This document shows, one piece after another, positions 26,591 to 40,404 of a stretch of DNA of 64,000 nt. Below the pieces are notes generated by a model that ran no database searches, was not told where the DNA came from, and was given only the letters and a program-made list of their open reading frames with translations. The DNA is taken from positions 310,001 to 374,000 of the forward strand of contig NC_042998.1 in NCBI RefSeq assembly GCF_006345805.1, given 5' to 3'. Numbering within the stretch: the first letter of the stretch is position 1; each line of letters opens with the position of its first letter. The stretch is from Octopus sinensis (Eukaryota). Position numbers and translations under genes: made by a program.

Positions 26591-27354
26591 GTGATTGTGT
26601 ACATATGTTCAGTTTAGAGACCTAAAAGGAAAAATCCCTGGAATGTTTTACAAATCTTTGCTGTGCCAGTAATTGACTTTATATATGCACGTGTAAATGT
26701 TTGTATGAAGGGATGTACATAAATATGTGTGTGCATGCGTATGTATATACCTATTATAAAATTATAAAATAGGGTTGATGTTAGAAAGGGCATCCAGCCA
26801 TAGAAACCATGCCGAAGGAGACACTAGTGCGCAATGCAGTCCTTGGATCCACTGGATCCTGAGAGACACTAGATGATGGTGATGGTGATGATGATGATTG
26901 AAAATTACAAGTTGACAAAAATTTCAGCACAGCTCTACTATAGTTTGGTTTCAGTGTTGCTAGAACATTATAAGCTTTATATAAGTCAGTATGTTTATCT
27001 GCCAATCAATAAGAGGAATAAATCCCTTTGTGGTAGAGGTAGTGCACATCTGACAATAACTGTATGAAAAAAAATACAAAACACACCACACAGCATATGA
27101 ACTAATTCTACATGTTGTAACTTTCAAATGATGTTACACCACTGATAAGGCAGGCAGGCCAAAATTCCTCCTGAATGGAATACAAGTCCATCACAAGGTT
27201 ATCCATTTGCTATGGAGTGGGTTGGAGCAAAGTGAAATGAAGTGGTTTGCTCAAGAACATAATGCACCACGGGTCTGGGAATCAAAACCAAGATTTTGAG
27301 GTCATGAGTGCAACACCCCAACAACCACGCCATATGTCTTCACACATAAGAATA

Positions 27355-27772
27355 TATTCTTTCATTCTTTTAATTGTTTCAGTCATTTGACTGGGGCCAT
27401 AATGGAGCACTGCTTTGAAGGGTTTTAGTCAAACAAACTGAGTCCAGGACTTTTTGTTTGTAAGCCTAGTACTTATTCTATTGGTTTCTTTTGCCGAACT
27501 GTTAAGTTATGGGGAAGTAAACACACCAATATCGGTTGTTAAGAAATGGTGGGGAGAAAAACACAAATACAAAGATACACACACACACACACACACACAC
27601 ACATATTTATGACAAGCTTCTTTCAGTTTCCATCTACCAAATCCACTAACAAGGCTTTGATCGGCCTGAGGCTATAGTAGAAGACACTTGCCGAAGGTGC
27701 TATGTAGTGGGACTGAACCTGGAACCATGTGGTTGGGAAGTAAGCTTCTTACCACACAGCCACACCTGTGCC
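27355..27772 (-). mobile_element. SINE family C
   Basis: Family consensus match. Confidence 0.85.
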
Positions 27773-29097
27773 TATTTAGTTCTTGTATTCATGCCACAAA
27801 ATAATGTTGTAACGGAGACTGTACTTTGGCAGAATGATTGTGCCATTAATATCAATTGTGTAGCAAAACATTTTGACAAAACAATCAAATAACTAATTAA
27901 CAATAAAGAAGTGAACTACAACCAATACATGTGTTTTATCTGTAGAATGATCCTCCCTGAGTTCAGTAACATATATTTAGCCTTGCTCTAAAAGCTGTAA
28001 TAGAACCTCAGTGATTGAATAAATAATATGTAAGATTGATTACCAACACATGGGTCATAAGTACAGCAAGTGGTTAATGGAGTATATGTGTGTGTGCATG
28101 ATGTATGTGTGTATCTCTGTGTGATGTATGTGTGTGTGACGGATGTAATGAGTGTATGTGATGTGTGTGTGTGTATGTGAGTGAGTGTGTGTGTGATGTA
28201 CATACGATGTGTATGTGGATGCATGCAAGGTGTATGATGTGTGTGTGTGTGTGTGTGTGTGTGTGGAGGCAGGTGTCAGTTTTAAATAAGTTTTTATTTC
28301 ACAATAAAGTTTATGAACAAATCATGTTCAACTGCTTGGAATACTGAAAGCCTTCCACCGAAGAAACTATGGGAAAATTGATTCAAAACACAAACACACA
28401 CACTCGTAATTAGAGATGCAAGAATGGCTGTGTGGTGAAGATTTTTGGTTTACAATCAGATGGTTTCAGGTTTAGTCCCACTATGCAATACTTTGGACAA
28501 ATATCTGCCACAACTTCAGAGTCACTCAATGTCTTGTGTATGAATTTGGCAGGCAGAAACTGTAGGAAGCCTACATGAAAGCATATGTGCCTGAATGTTG
28601 ACAGCCCATAGCTTCATTTGAGAGAGACAGTGAGGTTTAGATTCTTTGTTGATGTTATAACCTGTTGCTCAACAGTTTTACAAAATGGTGGAATAAAAAG
28701 TCCCTTACTTGAAAATTAAATAAATGTTGGTGACAGTAAAAACATCATCATCAGCATCATCATCAACCATGTCCATTTCCAAGCTAGTACGAGTTGGATG
28801 GTTTGACAGGTGATGGCAACCACAAGACTGCATTAAGCTGCAATGTTGGCTTTGATATGGTTTCCATGGTTGGATGCCCTTTGTAACACCAGCCACTTTG
28901 CAGAGTGTACTGGGTATGTTTTATGTGGTACTGGTACTAGTGAGGTTACCAAGAAACACACACACAAAACTAGATCCCTCTCAGCTCAGCTGCGGGAAGG
29001 GAAAGCAGTATTAAGAGAAGTGACTTTATGCCAGGTGATGAGAAGTTAAAGTATGATAGGGGGACAGTAACAGGTGTCTTACTGTAGAGAAGATATG

Positions 29098-29307
29098 TGG
29101 CGACCTGGCAGAAATGCTTAGCGATATTTTGTCTGCCGTTACGTTCTGAGTTTAAATTCTGCTGAGGTCCACTTTGCCTTTCATCCTTTTGGGGTCAATA
29201 AATTAAGTACCAGTTACACACTGGGGTCGATGTAATCGACTTAATCTGTTTGTTTGTCCTTGTTTGTCCCCTCTATATTTAGCCCCTTGTGGGCAATAAA
29301 GAAATAA
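29098..29307 (+). mobile_element. SINE family D
   Basis: Family match; flanked by AGAAGATATGT direct repeats. Confidence 0.8.
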
Positions 29308-29559
29308 GAAGATATGTAGTTACCCCAGTTTGAAGAGGAGAATAGCGATGAGGATCTGTAAGGGTACACCCCAAACTTAGATGTGTCAGGGTGTACTCTA
29401 CAGCCATAGAATCCTATGACAGGTAAGTTTCTATTGAAACCCTTGCAGGTATGTAAAAATGGACATTAAACAAATGAACACAAACTCACATTATATATAT
29501 AAAATGGGTGGACAAACGAGAGAAAAGGGCACTCAACACAATTGGTAGGAATTACTTGT

Positions 29560-29746
29560 ATTATTTCAAACAGTTTGGTTCAGTTCTAGGTGGCTTAAAG
29601 TTTCGCAGGCCTCTTAACAGAAGACAGTTTCTTTCAGACTTTAGGTTACCAAACTGGTAACCTGAAGCCTGAAAGAGATGTTCTTCTGTTAGAAGCCTGC
29701 AAAACTTTAAGTTGCATGGAACCAAATGAAACTGTTTTAAATAATA
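29560..29746. repeat. fold-back inverted repeat, about 185 bp
   Basis: Imperfect palindrome centred on aggttacca-aac-tggtaacct. Confidence 0.8.
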
Positions 29747-30990
29747 TATATATATACATATACATTCATACATATATATCTATATATATATATATATATA
29801 TATATGCAGACGCACACATATTTATACATATATATAATATGTGTGTGTGTGTGTATATATATATATATGTGGGTATATTATGTACATATGTACGTGTGTA
29901 TAAATTAACAGTCAAAAGGTTTCATAGTAGGCCATTGTGAAACTAGTAATATAATTTTGGCAGACGTCAGCATTGGGATGCCAGACCATCAATATTCTTT
30001 GCCAAAACCAAAGATGAAGGACGAGCTTTATGGAACTTATCCAAGCGCTATAAATAATATCAGAGTTATTTTAGAGCTACTTATGGAAAACTCTGTTCTT
30101 TCAGCTATTGTACCAATGACTGCTATGTGGCTTTTGAATAACTTCACACTGGGATTTCCCACAAGATTCAACTTAATAAGAAATGAAACTGTATCAAGTT
30201 CATGCATTTACCATGTTGCTTTAGTAACATGTAGGGGTTGAAACCGGATTGCTAAATTAACTTTTCACTAGTTTTGGTACTTCAACATATTTTTTGGTTA
30301 TGCCTGACCATGGTTTCTTTACCTAGAATGTTTGTGTCTAAGGAAAAAGAGGCTTCATTTACCTTGATTTGTTTCATCTTTCACTGGGTTTTAATGTGGT
30401 CATGCTGGGGCACCACTTTGAAGAATTTTAGTCAAATTTAGTCCAGTGCTTATTTTGTAAGTCTGGTGATTCTTCTGTCAGTCTCTTTTGCTGAATTGCT
30501 AAGCTATGGAGATGCAATAAAGCCAACACAGGCTGTCAAGAGATGGTGGTGGGGAACAAAGATACACACATATGCACATACATATCTACAGACACACACA
30601 CATACACACACACACACACATTTATATATACAACAGGCTTTCACATAGCTTCTTTCTACCTAATTCAGTTACAAAGTATCATTTGGCATAGGGCAGTAGT
30701 AGAAGACACTTGCCCAAGGTACTACTGTGCAGTGGACTGAACCTGAAATGATGTAGTTGAAAAGCAAACTTTTTAACCATGCAGCCATACAGGCACCTGG
30801 TTTTAATAAAAAACATTGACTTTTTAGTGTAAAAGCTTATCCCGCCTGGGACCAATGATGTCTTACTACAAACCTAAACAAGATAAAGAATATAACCAAA
30901 GTTACTAAGCCCTGGATCCACTACTCTATCAAATTTATATTGAACAAAACATAAACTATGAAACAAATATATTACAGCATTGTACATGAG

Positions 30991-31249
30991 GTGGAGGCAT
31001 GTGGCTTAGTGGTTAGGGTGTCAGCATCATGATCGTAAGATTGCAGTTTCGATTCCTGGACCAGGCGACGCGTTGTGTTCTTGAGCAAAACACTTCATTT
31101 CACATTGCTCCAGTCTACTCAGCTGGCAAAAATGAGTAATGCTGCGATGGACTAGCGTCCCATGCAGCTGGGGAACGCATATGCCATAGAAACCAGGAAA
31201 CCGGGCCCATGAGCCTGGCTAGGCTTTAAAAGGGTGCATTTATTTTCTT
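30991..31249 (+). mobile_element. SINE family A
   Basis: TSD ATTGTACATGAG (30979-30990, 31250-31261). Confidence 0.88.
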
Positions 31250-32397
31250 ATTGTACATGAGGGAATCACACAATGAACTGTAGTAGTTTACATAAAATAA
31301 ATATACTAATTAATAGTACTAAAGAACATACTGATTAACTTTGGAACTCTAACTATTACTTGTTTTCAATGACCACAGTAATTTGTTTAGCTTTAAGTAT
31401 ACAGTATATAAATATCTTCACTTTGTCTCTTTGGTACTCTTGAGAAAGCCTTCTATTTTTAAACCAAGCATAGGTTTTGGGAGATTTCCAATTTTAGAAC
31501 AAAACGACACGAGGTTGTTTTATTTTGTGTACTGTTTGATGTGACTTATTTTACTCTGGCAAATTCTTTCAAATCCATTCATGTGAGTAAGTAAATAAAC
31601 TTGTTTGTTGTAGTTTAATGTTGTCTCTTTAAGAAGGTCATTGTGGTTTTTTTTTGTTTTGTTTTTGCAGAGGTAGGAATTTAGTAATTCTTTTCGTACA
31701 AGTAATTTAGTAATTTAGAAAATAAAATCGAGGTTGTCCTTGCAAACAGGCATGTCCCCTACATCCCTCCTCAGCTAAGCAATCCAGATCTTGCAGGTTC
31801 ATGGGTGCAGGTGCCATGTAAAAAAACACCCATGCCGGTGCTATGTAAAAGTACCCAGTACACTCTGTAAAATGATTGGCATTAGGAAGGGTATCCAGGC
31901 ATAGAAACCATGCCAAAACAGATATGGCCAAACAGGCTAGCTCCTGTCAAACCATCCAACCCATGACAGCATGGAAAATGGACGTTTAGTGATGATGATG
32001 ATGATGTAGCTCATATATTAGTTTTGTGTGTTTACTTCAGAAAATACTTAGAGTAGATATTTGGGTGATCTTTAGATTTAACAATTTACTTAAACTGTAT
32101 ATTAACATACTAAATCAAACTAAGCTGAAATAATTCAAATAAAGAGATGCTTCATGGTGGTTAGATCTGAAAGAAATAGTGGCCAATGCATCCTCAAATC
32201 ACACTGTGACATTGTCTTAAAAAAGTAGATACAGATGTCAATGTGAAGGTAAGAAATTTGCTTCTCAACCTCATGGTTTTCTGTTTAATCCCTCTCTATA
32301 GAATCTTGGGTAGTGTCTTGAACCTTTGTTGGTGTAAGTGATGGAGAGCTGTTTTTAATCTATCTATTTGTCTACACACACACACACACACACACAT

Positions 32398-32760
32398 TAT
32401 CATCATCATTTAATGTCTGTTGTCCATGCCGGCATGGGTTGGACACTTTGACTGGGCTGGCACGCTGGAAGACTGTGCCAGGCTCCAGTCTGATTTGGCA
32501 TGGTTTTCAACAGCTGGATGCCCTTCCTAACGCCACTCCAAGAGTGACATGGGTGCTTTTACGTGCTACTGGCATGGGTGCCAATTACATGACACTAATA
32601 TCTGCTTTGACTGATTTTTCTCAGCTCATGAGTCTTCTTCTCAAGCACCACATAATGCCAAAGGTCTCGGTCATAGCCTTCGTGAGGCCCAACACGTGAA
32701 AGGAGCTCAGCCAATGCTTGAAATGAAATCAGCGACTATGCCTCTGTGAGGCCGAATGTT
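32398..32760 (-). mobile_element. SINE family E
   Basis: (CAT)n tail; inverted partner of 33100-33558. Confidence 0.75.
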
Positions 32761-32806
32761 CAAATACATGTGTATATATATGTGTGTGTGTATATATATA
32801 TATATA

Positions 32807-32933
32807 TAGGGTAGTCCAAAAGTCATGCACAAAATAAGTTCATTTGCTCTAGAACTTTCAAAGACTGTGTCAATTTTTCTAAAATTGAACAAAATAAATA
32901 ATATAATGATGAAAATTCACATAGCTGTACAAA

Positions 32934-32977
<44 letters not shown>

Positions 32978-33031
32978 GGTAATATAAACATAATGTCAAA
33001 TGTTTTGGTGAGTGATTTTTGGCCCACTCTG
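32807..33031. mobile_element. Tc1/mariner-type MITE
   Basis: TA-flanked TIRs TAGGGTAGTCCAAAAGTCA / TGATTTTTGGCCCACTCTG. Confidence 0.6.
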
Positions 33032-33099
33032 TATATATCATCATCATCCTCATCATTTAATGCCTGTTTTCCATGCTGGCATGGATTGGTGTGTATTTG

Positions 33100-33558
33100 A
33101 ACTTTGAGCCTCACAGAGGCAATGACTTGTGAGTGAGACCTTTGGTAATGTGCTGTGCTTGAGAGGACCCATCAAAGCAAGTGCACCCATGCTGGTGTGA
33201 GTGTTTGGCCTCACAGAGGCAAAGTGGCTGAGTTCCTTTCAAATGTTGGGCTTCACAGAAGCAATGACCAAACCTTTGGCATTATGTCGTGCTTGAGAAG
33301 AGCCATCAAGCCAAGCAAAATCACAGTCATGGCAGATACTGGTGTCACACAATTGGCATCCATGCCAGTGGCATGTAAAAGCACCCATTACACTCTTGGA
33401 ATGGTTGGCGTTAGGAAGAGCATCCAGCTGTAGAAAACAATGCCAAATCAGACTGGAGTCTGGTGCAGCCTTCCAGCTTGCCAGCCTGGTCAAACCATCC
33501 AGCCTATGCCAGCATGGACAATGGACATTAAATGATGATGATGACGATGATGATGATG
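33100..33558 (+). mobile_element. SINE family E
   Basis: Family body with (GAT)n tail. Confidence 0.75.
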
Positions 33559-36277
33559 TATATTGTGGGTTTTATAAGAATTTTATAAATTTTGAAGAGG
33601 ATATGAAATAGTTTTGGGGGGAATTTGATCTTGAAGCATATGTAAGTTGAAAATCATGTTTGGATAGAAGTCGAAGACAGCAAATTGTCCATCCTATTGC
33701 CTACCTTTACCTGTTTCCCCGTAAGCTAATATTTTCACCTGACCAGATACATTTTTTACAGAAGACGGAAAACAAATGGCACTACTTGTATGACAGTGAC
33801 ACTCATTTACAACTCTCATGTAATGTTGAGACATGGGTAATCTATCTTACACACACACACACACGCACGTGCACACACATATGCACAAACACGCAGTCAC
33901 ACACAAGACAGGTTTCTTTTAGTTTCTAGCAAATTCCCTTGCTTTGTGGTTAGCCTGAGGCTTATAGTAGAAGACAACAGCCCAAGGCGCCATGCTGTAG
34001 AACTGAACCCAAAACCACATAACTGGGAAGTGAAATTCTTAATCACATAGCTATCTCTGTGCTGACACACAAATTATATATGTCACTCCCCACGTTCTTT
34101 TCTAAAAAGTGAGTAGCCATGAGTAGTCATGTCGTTCCTCTGCAGCAAGAAACTTCTGTTCTGGCCCTTTTCTCTCATACTCTACCATTCTCTATTCCTT
34201 ATTCTCCTAACATAAAGTTGTCTCATTCCACCCTTCAAGGTTCATAGTTTTAGGAACTCCATGGTGATCTCAGAAGTGTTGGTGACACAAAAAAGCACAC
34301 AGTACCTACTACAAAGTAGTTGGCATTAGGAAGGGCATCCAACTATATAAACCATGCCAAAGTAGAGAGTGGAGTATGATGCAATCCTTGAACTCATTGG
34401 ATCCTCCCAAACCATCCCACCCATGCCAGCATGTCAAACAATGATGATGATACATAAAGTATGTAAATGTAGCAACATCAAGTTCATAGATAAATATTCA
34501 GTTGTTTGATCAAGTAAGCTACCAGCTCATTGAATTAGCCGATAAGTGGCTGAATATTCCACAGATGCATATCATCAATTCCTGCTTTCTCTGCTTGCAG
34601 CAGAATGCACTCTAACATGAAATAGTTGCATCCACAGTATTTGATCTTTAACAAGAGCATTCAGGAAAACTGATTCAAGCCCTATCCATGCTGTGATGTT
34701 ATCTCTGTTTCTTAGGTTGCTCACTTCAGTTTCTCTTTCCATTGATCATGACTTCAAAACGGATCTTGCTGACATCACAAACAAGTTGCTCAGAGTGGCT
34801 AAACAGTTTAAGTATATTAATTTTGATGACGGAAGTGATTAGTGATATTCTGGTCATCTGTGATATTTTGGCAAGCTGGCAGAATCATTAGCATACTGAG
34901 TGAAATGCTTAGTAGCATTTCGTCCATCTTTATGTTCTGAATTCAAATTCCTCCAGAGTTGATTTGCCTTTCATCTTTCCAGGGCTGATAAAATAGGTAG
35001 TAGTTGAGCATGGTGGGTGATGTAATCAACTTATTCCTCCTCCAAAATTGCTGGCTTTGTGCCAAAATTTGAAACCAATTTAGTTATCTGCCTTGGATCT
35101 TCAGTTCTGACATAGTCTGAGAGTTTGGTGTTGGAAATACGACTGATAAAACTAACATGAGGTATGTCCAATAACATGAATTCTACACCTCAACAGTGAA
35201 TGACTACTGCTATGATGTCTGCACTATCTGATATGATTGCTCTCCTAGTGGGGCACTTGTCAAATTTGTAATCTGGCCCTCGCTGGATGTGGTTAGCATT
35301 CATGAGGGACCTGGTGAACTCATAGGTCAGAGCTGGCCCAGCCCACCCTTGATGAATGCCATCACAAGTACAAGTAGTATGTCCAAGACACACAAATCCT
35401 TGGTGTAATCCTCCAGCAGAGTCAGTGAGTCACAATTTGTGATGAGGCTAGGTCTTTAAATTGCAGGTAGAATATGTTCAGCAAGTCAGTTTCCATTGCC
35501 CAATTCCATTCAGAAGGCATGGCAGTCTGCCCAAGATTATAGATAAAAGAGACCTGTCCAAGGTAACATGTAGTGAGGTTGAAACTAGGATCCTGTGATT
35601 GCAAAGAACACTTCTTACCCATTCAGTTGCATATGAAGTTACATATGCACACAAACACATATGAAATTGCAAATGAACAAACATGTATACACACACACAC
35701 ACACACACACACATATGCACACACACACATAGAGTATTTTTTGGCATACAAGCTGATGTAGTTTATAGCATAGATATATGTAGTGTAAACATCATCACTA
35801 TCTTTCCAAATCCTGCTGCATTTCATGTGTAAGTTACACATGTAGATAAACACACACATATATACAAATATACGCACATACATGAAATTATATTACACAC
35901 ACACACAAATATGATGTAATTACTTGTTGTGCTGAAGTTAATTGAAATGGAGTTCATTTGTTCCACAGCAATGACCAATAGTTTCAGCTTCCCCCCCCTG
36001 CATCTTATTTTCTTTTTCTTTCCTATGCATATTGCATTACTAATTTATGAAACTATCACTGCAGCTATATGCTGCATTTACTGCACAAAAATTTCTCAAT
36101 ACAACAAACATCATCTCCTAAACATGAAAAAGACAAAAAAAAACAAAAAATGGGAAATCAATCTCCATTATCCCCCCCCCCTTTCCCTTCACTTTACTTC
36201 GATGAACAACAGATTACTTACATAAGAATATTTAGATCTTTTCTATTTTCTGGTTACTGGGTATTCTTCTTATTATT

Positions 36278-36590
36278 ATTACTATCTCCGCCTTTGCTAA
36301 GGTGGAGGTATTGTTTTCAGTTGTGTTTGTTTGTCTGTGAACAAGATATCTCAAGAACCACTGGATGGATTTAGATGAAACTTTGAGGGATATTTGGCCT
36401 CATGACTGGCATGAACTGATTAGATTTTGGGATCAATCTGGTACTGGACAAGGATTTGGGATTATTTCTCCCGTTTTAATTTTTGAGAGTGGTGAGGTTC
36501 ATTTTTAGTATTCTCATTTGTGAGAGTCAGTAAAATTTATTTCAGATACTCTCATTTTAAAAATCATCTCTGGCTAATCGTTGAGAGGAC
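36278..36590 (+). mobile_element. Helentron-associated (HINE/DINE-like) fragment
   Basis: 5' tatctccgcc..ggtggaggt inverted repeat, gtttgtttgtctgt tract and aagatatctcaa..ggattt.gatgaaacttt core, typical of HINE-like elements. Confidence 0.55.
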
Positions 36591-37041
36591 AAACAGCACT
36601 ACTTGTATGATAATGACACTCATTTACAACTCTAAGGGGAAATATTACTATGCTTAAAATAGATGAGGGTTGATAGCAGGAAGAGCATCTTGCCATAGAA
36701 AATCTCCCTCAACTGGCCAGATACAGCATCTCACATCTACCCTACAATGTCATTCTAAAAATAAACAATCACATCATCAAAATCTCAAGACTATGAGATA
36801 ATGCATGATTAATCCAAAACAATGTTAATGAATAAACGTTACATTTGACAGAGTAATGTGAATGCTAAAGAGCTAAATGGCTGTGAGGGTCCACTGGAGT
36901 AAAATAGGAACCAAAGGGGTACACAGGCAAAAGAGAGTTGAGAACCATTGACCAAGAGGATTGTTGTGGTTATTTAGTCTAGTTGTTAACTGTGAAACAG
37001 GTAGAACTGGTTTTCCTGATTACCTGTAGTAGATCATGTCT

Positions 37042-37345
37042 TGTGGAGGCGGAATGGCCCAGCAGTTAGGGCAGCGGACTCGAGGTCGGAGGATCGCGAT
37101 TTCGATTCCCAGACCAGGCGTTGTGTGTGTTTATTGAGCGAAAACACCTGAAAGCTCCATGAGGCTCCAGCAGGGTTTGGTGGTGACCCCTGTTGTACTC
37201 TTTTGCCACAACTTTCACTTTCTCTTCCTGTTTCTTGAGTAACGCTGCGATGGACTGGCATTCCGTCCAGCTGGGGGTAACACATATGCCACAGAAACCG
37301 GGAAACCGGGCCCATGAGCCTGGCTAGGCTTGAAAAGGGTGACGA
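37042..37345 (+). mobile_element. SINE with family-B-like head and family-A tail
   Basis: Head shares tgagcgaaaacacc..aagctccat with family B; from gagtaacgctgcgatggactggc onward it matches family A. Confidence 0.75.
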
Positions 37346-37481
37346 AAGAGAAAAAAGAAAGATCATATCTTATTTCACCTGACAATAACTAGGGTCAATT
37401 TAATAATGCTGATAACCATCCTTAGAAATTGGAAGCCCTATAGCTAAATCAGAAATTAATATTATTCTAATTTGCAATATT

Positions 37482-38140
37482 GGTTTCAAATTTTGGCACA
37501 AGGCCAGCAATTTCAAGGGAAAAGCAAATCAATTACATTGATATCAGAACTCAATTGGTACTTGTTTTATTGATCCTGAAAGAATGAAAGGCAAAAAAAC
37601 CATCCTCAGTGGAGTTTGAACCCAGAATGTAAAGACGGACGAAATACCACAAGGCATTTACCTGTTGTGCTAACAATTCTGACAGCTTGCTGCTTTCTTT
37701 TAATTAGTAATATTTGTTTTAAATTTTGGCACAAGGCCAGTAATTTCATGATAAGGGAAAGTCAATTATATTGACCTCAGTGCTCAACTGGTCTTTATTT
37801 GATCGACCCTGAAAGAATGAAAGGCAAGGTTGGCTTCATCAGAATTTGAACTCAGAACATAAAGATGGATGAAATACCACTAAGCATTTCACCTGTTGTG
37901 CTAACAATTCTGCCAGCTTGCTGCTTTCTTTTAATCAATAATTAGTTTCAAATTTTGGCATGAAGCCAGCAATTTCAAGGGAACATCGATTACAGCACTT
38001 CACTAGTACTTATTTCATCAATCCTGAAAGAATGACAGGTAAAGTCATCCTCAGCGGAATTTGAACTCAGAATATAAAGATGGACGAAATGCTGCTAAGC
38101 ATTTTGCCTGATGTGCTAACGATTCTTCCAGCTCACCAAT
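37482..38140 (-). mobile_element. three tandem SINE family D copies
   Basis: Period of about 230 bp, bounded by ttattctaatt.g.aatatt direct repeats. Confidence 0.8.
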
Positions 38141-38254
38141 TTATTCTAATTAGTAATATTAACGCTATCATAACCACTGCCATCTTCCTCGACCCACCAC
38201 CAAAATTACCCCCATCAACTTGCATAATTTATCAGCCTCTTCCTCAACCTACTA

Positions 38255-38490
38255 CCATTATCACCACCACCACCACCACCACCACCACTACCACCACCAC
38301 CACCACCAACTGACTTTCACAACTCACTGCCATTCCACCACCCAATGTAACCTGCCACCACAGGTTTCCACTTCCACAACCTACAATCATTTTCCACATC
38401 CTACTGGCAACATTACCACCACCACCACCACCACCACCACCACCATTGTTGCCGCCGCCGCCACCACCACCACTACTACTACCGCTACCA
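38255..38490. repeat. (CAC)n low-complexity tracts
   Basis: Directly visible; a (GTA)n tract also lies at 38808-38858. Confidence 0.9.
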
Positions 38491-38804
38491 TAGTTAGTGG
38501 CTGCTCCTTCAACCCACAGCCAAAATTATCCAGACACTCCATCCAGACAAATATTCCAACCCCATATGGTAATGAAAATCCTAGCATTTTTGATGACAGG
38601 CCAAATAATATATAAACTACAGATATTTCATCATCGTTTCATTCGGCAGCTGTTCTCTTTGCCCTGCCTGAATGGGATATATAGACAGATCTACTCAGCT
38701 TGCCCAGTCGTGTCTGTCACCAGACATACACCATGTACAGTGGGTGCATAGTAACAATTCTCCCTCTACAGATGATTATGATATACTATTAGTATTAGCA
38801 GTGA

Positions 38805-38859
<55 letters not shown>

Positions 38860-38973
38860 TCTTAGTGTATAGCTGCAACAGTAGTAGTTAGTAATTTCTT
38901 TTATATGCTCTTCATTACTATAATCAGTATGTGTGTATTTGTATGTTATGTATTATTTATACATGTGTGTTTG

Positions 38974-39039
<66 letters not shown>

Positions 39040-39184
39040 TTTGTATATGTCTATATATATGTAAGTTTGTATATGTATATATGTTTGTATATAAGTTTGT
39101 ATATGTATAAATGGAGAGAGAGAGAGAGAGAGAAAAAGAAAGAATTTGTGCATGCACGTGTACAGAAAGAGAGAATGTGTATAT

Positions 39185-39575
39185 ACTCTTTTATTCTTTT
39201 ACTTGTTTCAGTCATTTGACTGTGACCATGCTGGAGCACCGCCTTTAGTCGAGCAGATCGACCCCAGGACTTATTCTTTGTAAGCCTAGTACTTATTCTA
39301 CCGGTCTCTTTTGCCGAACCACTAAGTTACAGGGACATAACCACACCAGCATCGGTTGTCAAGCGATGTTGGGGGGACAAACATATATACATACATATAT
39401 ATATATATGACTAGTTTCTTCCAGTTTCTATCTACCAAATTCACTCACAAATCCACTTTGGTCGGCCCGAGGCTATAGTAGAAGGCACTTGCCCAAGGTG
39501 CCATGCAGTGGGACTGAACCTGGAACCATGTGGTTTTTAAGTAATCTACTTACCACACAGCCACTCCTACGCCTA
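39185..39575 (-). mobile_element. SINE family C
   Basis: Family consensus match. Confidence 0.85.
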
Positions 39576-39577
39576 TG

Positions 39578-39653
<76 letters not shown>

Positions 39654-39689
39654 ATTAGTGAGAGAGTTGAGAGAAAAGAAAGAAAGAGA

Positions 39690-40128
39690 TAATAATCCTT
39701 TCTATTTGATATGAATTTTTGGTGGGAAAGGTTAGTTGATTACATTGACACCTTCCCCCACCAGTGTCCAACTGATATTTAATTTATTGACCCCGAAAAG
39801 GTGAAAGGCAAAGTCGACCTCAGCAGAATTTGAACCTAGATCATAAAGATGGGTGAAATACTGCTAAGCAATTTGACTGGTGTGCTAACGATTCTTATTT
39901 TTTTATTGCCCACAAGGGGCTAAACATAGAGGGGACAAACAAGGACTGACAAAGGGATTAAGTCGATTACATCAACCCCAGTGCATAACTGGTACTTAAT
40001 TTATTGACCCTGAAAGGATGAAAGGCAAAGTCAACCTCGGCGGAATTTGAACTCAGAATGCAACGGCAGATGAAATACTGCTAAGCAATTTGACTGGTGT
40101 GCTAACGATTCAGCCAGCTCACTGCCTT
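39690..40128 (-). mobile_element. two nested SINE family D copies
   Basis: 41-bp exact duplication at 39854-39894 and 40071-40111. Confidence 0.8.
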
Positions 40129-40404
40129 AGAAATAGATGAAAAGAATAAACATGCATACACACACACACACAGGGTGAGGAGAGAGGGAGGGAGAGATAG
40201 AGAGAGAGACAGAGAAAGAGAGAGGGAATTAATAAAATAATGTTCAGATAATGTGAAGAACCTTATGTAATTTACTTAACAGGTTAAGTTTTATTTCTTC
40301 TGTAGGCATTAAGCTTCTTAGACTTACAAGAGAGGAGAAATGAAGTTGTTTGACATTCATGCCTTTCTTAATTACATAAATATTTTGACAGAAAAGTCCA
40401 TTGA

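Noticed and set aside
35150-35455. GC-richer non-repetitive segment, possible exon
   Set aside because: No convincing splice-site pair or recognisable peptide; probably an old TE fragment.
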